Assembly (NCBI GenBank): GCA_019828565.1 | Contig: JAHDYR010000004.1 | Span: 62,001-126,000, forward strand | Length of the DNA: 64,000 nucleotides | Source: Carpediemonas membranifera BICM | Taxonomy: Eukaryota > Protista > Fornicata | Reading direction: 5' to 3' | Shown here: positions 1 to 9,551 of the stretch, piece by piece | Position numbering within the stretch: position 1 is the first letter of the stretch | How the letters are laid out: each line of letters opens with the position of its first letter | Program-made: the position numbers and the translations under genes | The notes under the pieces: model-generated | The model's database searches: none | What the model saw: only the letters and a program-made list of their open reading frames with translations | Told to the model about the DNA's origin: nothing

Positions 1-22
1 AAAATTCATCCACAACAACAGG

Positions 23-3000
23 ATGCAGCAGCGACGATGCAGAAAGTTCGTTCCACGCCTCCCACTTACGCAGCTGGTACGTTCCCCGCTTCGGTGCAGA
101 GATGCAGCCCGCGGCGAGTTCAAGAGCGCTTACGCAGTGTATCCGAGCAATGGTGCGTCCTCCCCGAGAATATCACGCAGCAGCGAGTGCAGAGCAGTAG
201 AGGACATGATCAGCGACGCCACGACGCGCGTCTTCGCCCCAGAGGACAAGCTCCACCTCAAGCCCATCGGATCCTCGCCCCTCACTGCTACAGACCTCAC
301 CCGCGTCCTCGACCACCTCTCGACATTGGACGTGCTGCCCAGAGAGTTCAGCATGAGGCTGACTGAGCCCGACCTCACTGTCCGTTTAGAAGGAGATGAA
401 CTCATCTCTGACATGCCCACCGACAGCCAGCTCAAGGGCCTGCTTGGCAATTGGAATAGGACAAGGCCGCGCTCTTGCATACACACCCTGGGCAACCACG
501 GCAGTATCATCACCAGCGTCGCCATCCTCCCGGACTTCACCATGGTCACTGGGTCACGCGACGGACCCGACCGACTATGGTCCACAAACGGGAAATGTAT
601 CAGGAGTTTCAGTGGCCGCGAGGATGGCGAGGGTGGCACACACCTGGCTGCAGCATCTGACGGGTCGACCCACCTTGCGTGTAGATGGGGGTGTGACCTC
701 AAACTCTGGGATGTGACAACAGGAGAGCTAATTCGAGTAATGAGGGGTCACATGAAGTCTGTGTACTGCGTGACACTCTCTTGTGATTGCAGAACTATTG
801 TGACCGGTCTCAGGGACGGTTCGATCATATCTTGGAATATTTACAGTGGGGTTTCTCTATGGGAAGTCCAGGGTCATTCTGGTTCGGTTGAGTGTATCAC
901 GTTCTCTCCGTGTGGCAAGACTATTGTCTCTGGCTCTGGGGATGACACGATCAAGGTGTGGGACGAAGCTTCTGGCATACTCGAGCAGACTCTGGAGGGC
1001 CATGCAGACAGTGTAAGCGCAGTGGCATTCTCTCATGACGGCGCCATGCTGGCGTCTGGGTCATATGACACTTCGATAAGGCTCTGGGACACCGAGACGT
1101 GGGCTTCTGTCATCGAACTCAGAGGCGACTCGGGCTGGGTCACAAGCCTCGCCTTCTCGCCTTGTGTCGGCATGCTTGCTTCGGGACATTCTAGCGGCGC
1201 TGTCAAGGTATGGAACAGCAGCTGTGCTGAGTCAATCAAAACGCTCAGGGGCCATAGGGCGTCGGTGCTCAGTGTAGCCATTTCCCCAGACGGGTCGACC
1301 CTGCTCTCTGGCTCTGACGACAAGACCGCCAAGCAGTGGCATATCAAGCACTCGCCAGAGATCAAGGAGGTCTGCGCCCAACCCACGCTCGGCGCCGACA
1401 TCCGCCTGCCGTCCGACGACTCGCCCCTCTACCTCGCCGACCTGGCGCGGGTCGTCATCCACATCCTCGCCACGGGCCTGCCCCGCTCCTTCGAGATGAG
1501 GCTGGCCCACCCACCTGTCGCTGTCAGCATGGATGATGGCCTCTTCTTTGAGACCCCATCAAACTCCGAGGTTAGCGGCCTACTCGCCCCGCTCAACCAG
1601 AGTCGCCTCAACAAGCTGGTCGCCCAGGCCTGCACCGACGCCGGGATCGCCCTGCCTGCCGCGTCCACCGCCGTCATGGACCCTAACGGCTTCATCTCAG
1701 TCTCGCCCGCGGATGACAAGATCGCCGCCGCCCTACTGCCGCTCAACCATCTTAGACTCGACGCAGCAGTTGCTAGAGTCTGCGCCCAAGCGGTCACGGC
1801 CAAGACCGCGATCAGAGTCACCCACGCCGACCTGCCCGCGCTGAAGAAGCTCCTCGCGCGCGTCGAGGCCTCTAGGGTCGCGCCCCGCTCATTCGAGGTT
1901 CAGCTCGACGACCCAGCCGCCACCGTCACCCTCGGCCCGACCGGCTTCGAGGTCGCCCCACCCAGCGATGTTGTCGATTATGTTGTCAGCGGCTTCAGCT
2001 TCCTGACCGCCCACCTCGACGCCATCTCGACCGCCGATGAGATCAGCCTGGGCGAGCACGCGCCGCTCACGATTGGCGACCTGAAGACCGTGGCTGGCCT
2101 CCTGCTGAGGCGGGAGACCTTGCCCACCTCATTCGCGATGAGGCTGACCCGCCCCGAATGCGCCATCAGCACTGACCGCAACGGCTTCTTCCAGTCGTCT
2201 CCTGAGACAGCCGAGGTGCAGACCGCGCTCAACCCGCTCAACCGTGCGCAGCTCAGCAGGCGGCTGTCCGAGATCTGCGCCGAGCCGATCACTGAGGAAA
2301 CAGACCTCTGCGTCGCCTTTGGCAGTCACGTCCCGTGCTTCGCCAGCGACCTGCGTCGCGTGCTCGACCACGTCACAGCCACGGCCGACCTGCCCCGGAG
2401 CTTCACGATGAGGCTGACCCACCCCGCGACAACCGTCACCCTCGGCCCGACCGGCTTCACCGCGACGGGCGCAAGCGAGGAGGTCAGCGCCATCATCGAG
2501 CATGCCAATCGTGCAAGCCCTGTTATCGCCATGCTACAAGCAGAAATGATGTCGAATTCCGCTCTCGATGCTGTTGACGAAGCACTGTACGTGGCCGCGG
2601 ATCTGAGCGACGCCAAGCGCCTGCTGGCCGCCGCCGGCCCGCACGCGACGCAGCACGAGGCGCGAGTGCTCGCGCTGAGGACCGACCTCGCCCGCCTCCA
2701 GCCCGTGCAGGCGCTCGCCAAGGACCCGATGCCCGCGCTCAAGGGGCCGCGTCAAGGAGGCGCTGGAGAGGAGCGACGAGCTCCACGCGCACATCATCAG
2801 CGGCGACGTCGACAAGATGCGCTCGAAGACGCTGCTCCGGAGTGTCAAGTTCGGCCCCGTCGTCCTCAACTGCCTCGACCGCGAGCGCCGGTCGCCGCTG
2901 CACAACGCGTTCGTGCACGACCAGCCGCAGGCCTTCGCGGCGCTGCTCAAGGCCGGCTGCCTGCTCGACGACGCCTTCCCGGACGGCCACCCGCTGCTGG

Positions 3001-4511
3001 CCGCCGTCGCCAAGCCACCGATGCTGGCCGCGATGCTGGCCGCGAGGGTTGACATCGACACCGTCAGCCGGAACACGACTGCGCTCGTGGTCGCCATCCA
3101 GGGCGGCCACTGGGACTCCGCGACGAAGCTGCTCGCCCGCGGCGCCGACCCCCTCCTCCCGCCGGTCGGCGTCAACGCGCTGCAGGCCGTCAAGGGCGTG
3201 GCCGACCCGCTCATGACCGGCGTGATCCGGGCCGCCATCAACGACGCCCTGACGAAGCAGCTCAGCGACGCCATCACGCAGGGCGACACCGCTGCCGTGA
3301 AGCGCCTGCTCGTGGCGGGCGTGTCCGCGAACGGCGTGGACGGCAAGATGCCGCCGCTCTTCGCTGCCGTCAAGGCGGGCAACTTCGACATCGTCAGCCT
3401 GCTGCTGAAGCACGGCGCCGACCGGGCCGCGACGTACAAGGGCAAGACGGCTGCGCAGACAGTCAAGAAGGGCAGCAACCTGCAGTATCTCCTGATCCAG
3501 GACCAGACGCCCGAGCCGCTCGTGCAGCCCGACCTCAACGCGGACATCACGAAGCCGGCGGGCAGCATCGCGTTCAGCCAGGCCGACCGCATCGGCGAGG
3601 GCGGCATGGCGGCCGTCTTCCGCGGCACGTACGGCGGCACCGCCTGCGCCGTCAAGGTCGTCGCGCAGGCCGACCTGAACGCGATGCAGGCCGACCGACT
3701 CCAGAGCGAGATCTTCATCCACAAGCAGCTGCGCCACAGCAACGTCGTCGCGCTCTACGCGCTCGAGCAGGACGACCGGGAGATCCGGCTCGCGCTCGAG
3801 CTCGCGTCGGGGTCGCTCTCGGCGCTGCTGCTCTCGAAGGTCGACCTGCCCTGGGACGCGCGGCTGCAGTTCGCGCGCGACATCGCGGCGGCCATGGCGT
3901 TCATCGTGGGCGAGGGCTACGAGCACAGGGACCTCAAGTCGCTCAACGTCCTCGTCGCGAAGGGCAGCGCCAAGATCAGCGACTTCGGGCTGACCGCGCT
4001 GCTCGACCAGCGCGTGGCGGACGTCGAGGGCTCGTGGCCGTGGATGGCGCCTGAGCGCTTCGACGGCGTGGGCGGCGAGAAGGCCGACGTCTACGCCTTC
4101 GGCATCACGCTCTGGGAGATCGCCGCGCGCGACATCCCGTACCGCCAGGAGCGCCTCGGGCTCGACGCCATCCGCGCGCACGTGCGGGCTGGCTACCGGC
4201 CGATGACCCCCGCGGGCACGCCGGCGGCCGTGGGTGAGCTGATCCGCCGCTGCGTGGCGCCCGACCCGCGCGACCGCCCCACCTTCGCGGAGGTCGTCGC
4301 CGCGCTGCCCGACAGCGTCGCGACCGAGATGTACACGGAGAGCGCCGTGCGCAACCACGAGGTCGGCACCTTCGCGAACGCCAGCGCGCCCTGGATGACG
4401 CTGTCCGAAGACGAGAGAGCAGCCGCGCTCGCCGCGATGGGCACGGTCACCGCGACATACCGCACGAACGCGCCGCACATCGCCGCATTGACCGACCTGA
4501 ACGACCTATAG
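23..4511 (+). CDS. Modular WD40 / linker-repeat / ankyrin / TKL-type protein kinase (~1495 aa once one +1 indel at ~2743-2746 is corrected)
   Basis: ORF 23-3052 has 7 WD40 repeats (GH...WD) and about six PRxFxMRL linker repeats. ORF 2817-4511 has ankyrin repeats (SPLHNA, TALVVA, PPLFAAVKAG) and an intact kinase (IGEGGMAAV, VKV, HRDLKSLN, DFG, WMAPE). The paralog at ~53140 reads through this junction in frame (PALRGRVKEALE), so the extra G is likely an error. Confidence 0.85.
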
Positions 4512-4587
4512 ACACTGGCTTGACCCCACCTCCCAATAAATCCCACATACGTGATCAACAGACAGTATGTAATCCTAATATGTAACT

Positions 4588-5589
4588 TTACTGTCCCTCG
4601 AACAGGTGGCGCACAGGGTCGAAGAAGGGGTGGCCCATCGCCTCCCGGGCCGTTGGCCGCTCCTGGTGGTCGAACCGGAGGAGCGTCTTGACGAAGTCAA
4701 CCGCGTCGGGTGGGCAAAGATGCTTGTTCTTGTCGGTGATGAACCCCTCGAGTGGTCTCGCGGGCAAGTTACGGTCGACGAGGTCGGAGATGTGCTTCTT
4801 CATGGGGATCTCATACTTGGCAAGGTACTCCGTGAACGACCTGTTGCCGAGCACCTCCACGATCTTCTCCAGCTGGTTCTCGTTGCTGGAACCCTTGAAG
4901 AAGGGCTCCTTGAGGAAGATCATGGCCGCCAGCTGAGCTCCCAGGCTCCAGAGGTCCAGGGAGTAATCGTACTGCCTGAAGTCCACGAGGAGCTCGGGCC
5001 CCTTGAAGTAGCGCGACGCCACGCGGACGTTGTACTCCATGCCGGGCAGATAGAACTCAGCGAGACCGAAATCAATGAGGCGGAGCTCGCGGCGCTTGTG
5101 ATCGATCATGATGTTGTGCGGCTTCACATCGCGGTGCATGATGCCCATCGAGTGGCAGAAGTCGAGTGCGATGAGGAGCTTGTACATGTAGAAGCGGATG
5201 TCGTCGATGGATAGCTTGGGATAGAGCGTGCGGAAGTCCTCGGTGTCGACGAGCTCAGTAACAAAGGCAGGCGTCTTGGAAACGGGATCTCTGACAACGT
5301 CAAGGAGGTGGACAATGTTGGGGCCATTGGCGAGGTTCTGGAGGATCTTGATCTCGCGCTTGATCTTCTTCTTCTTCACAGGCTTCAGAACTTTCACCAC
5401 GACGAACTTATCTGCTGTGCAGTCATAGCCCTTGAAGACCTCGCTGTATTTCCCTCGTCCAATCTTTGCGCAAAGCTCGTAGTTGTTCTGTTCTCCCCAG
5501 GAGACGCGGATGTTGTCGTATTCGTAGTATGCGCGTCCATGCTCGTAGCAGGCGTCTTTGTAGACTCTAGCAACACTCGGTTTCGTCAT
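4588..5589 (-). CDS. CSNK2A1: Casein kinase II catalytic (alpha) subunit
   Basis: CK2-specific motifs [48 protein letters not shown]; 333 aa, uninterrupted. Confidence 0.97.
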   Translation of the reverse strand: MTKPSVARVYKDACYEHGRAYYEYDNIRVSWGEQNNYELCAKIGRGKYSEVFKGYDCTADKFVVVKVLKPVKKKKIKREIKILQNLANGPNIVHLLDVVRDPVSKTPAFVTELVDTEDFRTLYPKLSIDDIRFYMYKLLIALDFCHSMGIMHRDVKPHNIMIDHKRRELRLIDFGLAEFYLPGMEYNVRVASRYFKGPELLVDFRQYDYSLDLWSLGAQLAAMIFLKEPFFKGSSNENQLEKIVEVLGNRSFTEYLAKYEIPMKKHISDLVDRNLPARPLEGFITDKNKHLCPPDAVDFVKTLLRFDHQERPTAREAMGHPFFDPVRHLFEGQ

Positions 5590-6374
5590 TAGCGTATCCT
5601 TGATGGTATAAGCGATAACCTAATGGCGAAACGACCGCTCAAGCTCGATCAGCGATCAAAAGTGCGTAAACTGCACAATGACACGGCGTTTAAAGCAGAC
5701 AGAGCTGTGGTGAACTCTGAGTTTCGATCATTTACACCACCACAAGTCTCAACGCCACCACTAACTTCCATGTCTAACTCCGATTCGAGGTCTGGCCAGC
5801 GTTGGCTGAGTCGGCCGCCGCACCCAACCCAATACCCACTATCTGTGTTGTAGAGGCGCATAGGGGGAGGCGATTGACCGTCAAGAAGACGGCGAAGTAT
5901 GATGGGGTGCTTTTGTCTTCTGACAGTTGCTTCTGGCCGTTCGCGGGACCCTTACCTTATCCCATCACGTCCACCACCCTTCTTAAACATAGACTATGAC
6001 TAGTTGGGCACGCAGTTCATGAGTGTCCTTAAATGGCCCTGATTCTGGGTCTACCAGACTGGTGCAGTTTTGGACTAAACAGAACTAAACAATCAGTTTT
6101 AACAAAACAACGCGAGACTCACATACCCGCCAGATGATTGATTACGAACAGCACTGCACGAATGCTCATGCATTGCCTTTGAACTGCATCGTTTTAAGAA
6201 GGGCGGTTGCTGCCATTCCCTCTCCTGCCACTCCTGTGCCTTTTCCCGCCGTAGCCGCCACTGCAAGGACGGAGATCGAACCTGCCGAGCAGTCATTGAA
6301 GAGCCGCATCGCGAAGCAACGGTGCGTCCTCCCCGAGAATCTCACGCAGCAGCGAGTGCAGAGCAGTAGAGGAC

Positions 6375-9300
6375 ATGATCAGAGACGCCACGACGCGCGT
6401 CTTCGCCCCAGATAGCAAGCTCCACCTCAAGCCCATCGGATCCTCGCCCCTCACCGCTACAGACCTCAGCCGCGTCCTCGACCACCTCTCGACATTGGAC
6501 GGGCTGCCCAGAGAGTTCAGCATGAGGCTGACTGAGCCCGACCTCACTGTCACGATGAGGTATGGCAAGCTGGCCGCCGACAAGCCCGACAGCGCCATCG
6601 ACGATCTGCTCGCTGCCTGGCATGCGAGGATGGCTGAGTGCATCCAGACGATGAAGGGTCACACCAACTGGGTGCTCAGCGTCGCCTTCCTCCCTGACGG
6701 CGCCATGGTCACTGGGTCACGCGATGGGACGACCAAGCTGTGGGACAAGCGCGGCGTGTGCACGACGATGGAGCATGGCGGGAAGGTTCGGTGCATCGCC
6801 GTCTCCCCGGACGGGTCGACCATCGCCTCGGGCGGGACTGACCGCAAGATCAAGCTGTGGAGGCGCGGCAGACTCGTCAAGACGCTCGAGGGACACACCG
6901 ATATTGTGAACAGCCTCGCCTTCTCCCGAGACGGCAAGACGCTGGTGTCCGGATCCGATGACAAGACAGTCAGGTCGTGGGACGTCGCCACCGGCGTGTG
7001 CAGGACGATGGAAGGGCACTCCCATTTGGTGCTCTCCGTCGCCATCTCCCCCGACGGCAAGACCATCGTCTCTGGATCAAGGGACAAGACAATCAAGGTG
7101 TGGGACGCTGAGTCGGGCAGACTCGAGCAGACTCTGGAGGGCCACAAGAATCCTGTCAACGCCGTCGCCATCTCCCCGGACGGCGCTCTTCTGGCCTCTG
7201 GGTCTGGCGACAACACCATCAGACTCTGGGACACCAGGACCTGGGAGTGCGTCGCCGTCCTCATGGGGCACACGCACTATGTCAACAGCGTCGCCTTCTC
7301 GCCCGACGGCAGGACCCTCGCCTCTGGGTCTGGTGACAACACCACCAAGTTCTGGAGCATCGGCAGCGGCGAGTGCTTCGAGACGCTCTGGGGTCATGAC
7401 AGAGATGTGAACAGCGTCGCCTTCTCCCCAGACGGGTCGACCCTGCTCTCTGGATCTGACGACAAAACCGCCAAGCAGTGGTCCCTTGGTCGCTCTCCCG
7501 AGCTCACCGCCCTCGACCAGACCCTCGCCCAGCCTGTCCCGGCCGCGGCCATCGTCCGCCTCGAGGGCACCGTCGCCGACCTCACCCGCGTCCTCGACCA
7601 CCTCTCGGCGCGGCCCAGAGAGTTCAGCATGAGGCTGACTGAGCCCGACCTCACTGTCACGATGAGGTATGGCAAGCTGGCCGCCGACAAGCCCGACAGC
7701 GCCATCGACGATCTGCTCGCTGCCTGGCATGCGAGGATGGCTGAGTGCATCCACACGATGAAGGGTCACACCGATGACGTGACCAGCGTCGCCTTCCTCC
7801 CTGACGGCGCCATGGTCACTGGGTCATGGGATGGGACGACCAAGCTGTGGGACAAGCGCGGCGTGTGCACGACGACGATGGAGCATGGTGGGGCTGTTCG
7901 GTGCATCGCCGTCTCCCCGGACGGGTCAACCATCGCATCGGGCGGGACTGACCGCAAGATCAAGCTGTGGGACCAGACCGGCAGACTCGTCAAGACGCTC
8001 AAGGGTCACACCAGGAAGGTTAACAGCCTCGCCTTCTCCCCAGACGGCAAGACGCTGGTGTCCGGATCCTGGGACAAGACAGTCAGGTCGTGGGACGTCG
8101 CCACCGGCGAGTGCAGGACGATGGAAGGGCACTCCCATTTGGTGCTCTCCGTCGCCATCTCCCCCGACGGCAAGACCATCGTCTCTGGATCAAAGGACAA
8201 GACAATCAAGGTGTGGGACGCTGAGTCGGGCAGACTCGAGCAGACTCTGGAGGGCCACACGAGTTATCTCGCCACAGTCGCCATCTCCCCGGACGGCGCT
8301 CTGCTGGCCTCTGGGTCTGGCGACAACACCATCAGACTCTGGGACACCAGGACCTGGGAGTGCGTCGCCGTCCTCATGGGGCACACGCACTATGTCAACA
8401 GCGTCGCCTTCTCGCCCGACGGCAGGACCCTCGCCTCTGGGTCTTGGGACAACACCACCAAGCTCTGGAGCATCGGCAGCGGCGAGTGCTTCGAGACGCT
8501 CTGGGGTCATGACAGAGAGCTGAACAGCGTCGCCTTCTCCCCGGACGGGTCGACCCTGCTCTCTGGATCTGACGACAAAACCGCCAAGCAGTGGCATATC
8601 AAGCACTCGCCAGAGATCAAGGAGGTCTGCGCCCGACCCACACTCGGCGCCGACATCCGCCTGCCGTCCGACGACTCGCCCCTCTACCTCGCCGACCTGG
8701 CGCGGGTCGTCATCCACATCCTCGCCACGGGCCTGCCCCGCTCTTTTGAGATGAGGCTGGCCTTCCCTCCCGCGACAATCACGTTGGACAAGAACAGGTA
8801 TTTCAAGACGAGCGCCGATAATTCTGAGCTGACAGAGCTGATCAAATCTTTCAACACCCACATATCTCAGCGTATGGCCGAGAAGATCCTCCGCGAGCTT
8901 TCAGCTGTCGTGAATACGATCACCGCCGACTCGGCTCCGGAGTCCCTGCGCGCCTTAGTGCGTCGTCTCGACCAATACAAGAGCACCGCGAATGCAGCTG
9001 GGGATGGGCCCCGTTCGTCTGCCGTGCGTGACCCTGTTCTGCGGAGGCACCTCGCCGTGGCCGCGTTTGCCCAAGACTTCCTTGACCTCGTCGACGGTGG
9101 CATGAGCCCAAAGATCGCTGTCACCGCTCTGAAACACTCCGACGGTGCCACACCAGCCGACTATCACGACGCTTCGGAGCTCGTGCAGACCGCCATCGAC
9201 GCGTTCATCGCCCAGCCGACGTCCCAGCACGCCGAGCGTATTCCCACGAGCTACACCCACGCCGGCCTGATTCGCGCGCTGGCGTACACGAAGGAGTACA

Positions 9301-9545
9301 TGGAGGACGCCGAGGAGGAGCTCGCCGAGTACCTGGCGGCCGTCCCCGAGCCTGACCCCCTCGCCATCCTCGTCGAGGCCCGGATCCGCGGGTCAGCCCC
9401 CCTCACGCGGTTCTTCTGCGAGACATTCCCGCAGCTGGCAGAGAGATTCGCGACGGCCGATGAGCGGTCAACCGACGACAACGAAGCCGAGCCTCAGCCG
9501 CAGCCGGAGTCAGAGGACGACCGCATCCAGCAGGCCTGGGAGTAG
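6375..9545 (+). CDS. Linker + two 7-blade WD40 cassettes + linker + helical region (N-terminal part of a WD40-AAA gene, ended by TAG)
   Basis: Two near-identical ~1107-bp units (MKGH at 6651 and 7758). The paralog at 29006 has CAG at the position of this TAG and continues into the AAA domains. Confidence 0.85.
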   Translation: MIRDATTRVFAPDSKLHLKPIGSSPLTATDLSRVLDHLSTLDGLPREFSMRLTEPDLTVTMRYGKLAADKPDSAIDDLLAAWHARMAECIQTMKGHTNWVLSVAFLPDGAMVTGSRDGTTKLWDKRGVCTTMEHGGKVRCIAVSPDGSTIASGGTDRKIKLWRRGRLVKTLEGHTDIVNSLAFSRDGKTLVSGSDDKTVRSWDVATGVCRTMEGHSHLVLSVAISPDGKTIVSGSRDKTIKVWDAESGRLEQTLEGHKNPVNAVAISPDGALLASGSGDNTIRLWDTRTWECVAVLMGHTHYVNSVAFSPDGRTLASGSGDNTTKFWSIGSGECFETLWGHDRDVNSVAFSPDGSTLLSGSDDKTAKQWSLGRSPELTALDQTLAQPVPAAAIVRLEGTVADLTRVLDHLSARPREFSMRLTEPDLTVTMRYGKLAADKPDSAIDDLLAAWHARMAECIHTMKGHTDDVTSVAFLPDGAMVTGSWDGTTKLWDKRGVCTTTMEHGGAVRCIAVSPDGSTIASGGTDRKIKLWDQTGRLVKTLKGHTRKVNSLAFSPDGKTLVSGSWDKTVRSWDVATGECRTMEGHSHLVLSVAISPDGKTIVSGSKDKTIKVWDAESGRLEQTLEGHTSYLATVAISPDGALLASGSGDNTIRLWDTRTWECVAVLMGHTHYVNSVAFSPDGRTLASGSWDNTTKLWSIGSGECFETLWGHDRELNSVAFSPDGSTLLSGSDDKTAKQWHIKHSPEIKEVCARPTLGADIRLPSDDSPLYLADLARVVIHILATGLPRSFEMRLAFPPATITLDKNRYFKTSADNSELTELIKSFNTHISQRMAEKILRELSAVVNTITADSAPESLRALVRRLDQYKSTANAAGDGPRSSAVRDPVLRRHLAVAAFAQDFLDLVDGGMSPKIAVTALKHSDGATPADYHDASELVQTAIDAFIAQPTSQHAERIPTSYTHAGLIRALAYTKEYMEDAEEELAEYLAAVPEPDPLAILVEARIRGSAPLTRFFCETFPQLAERFATADERSTDDNEAEPQPQPESEDDRIQQAWE

Positions 9546-9551
9546 TGCGGC

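Noticed and set aside
2534-4478. Long antisense or alternate-frame ORFs over the kinase, AAA, WD40 and HECT genes (e.g. 2739-4478, 9942-11183, 27349-29133)
   Set aside because: Shadow ORFs expected from high GC3 codon bias; no motifs.
5770-6300. Small gene or ncRNA between CK2 and the WD40 gene
   Set aside because: Only short ORFs without motifs and no recognisable tRNA/snRNA structure; cannot be supported.
9543-9545. UAG reassigned to Gln (CAG/TAG alternation at 9543, 28853, ~51668), as in some fornicates
   Set aside because: Long ORFs (HECT 1740 aa, AAA 952 aa) contain no in-frame TAG, and HECT ends canonically at EFGLS-TAG.
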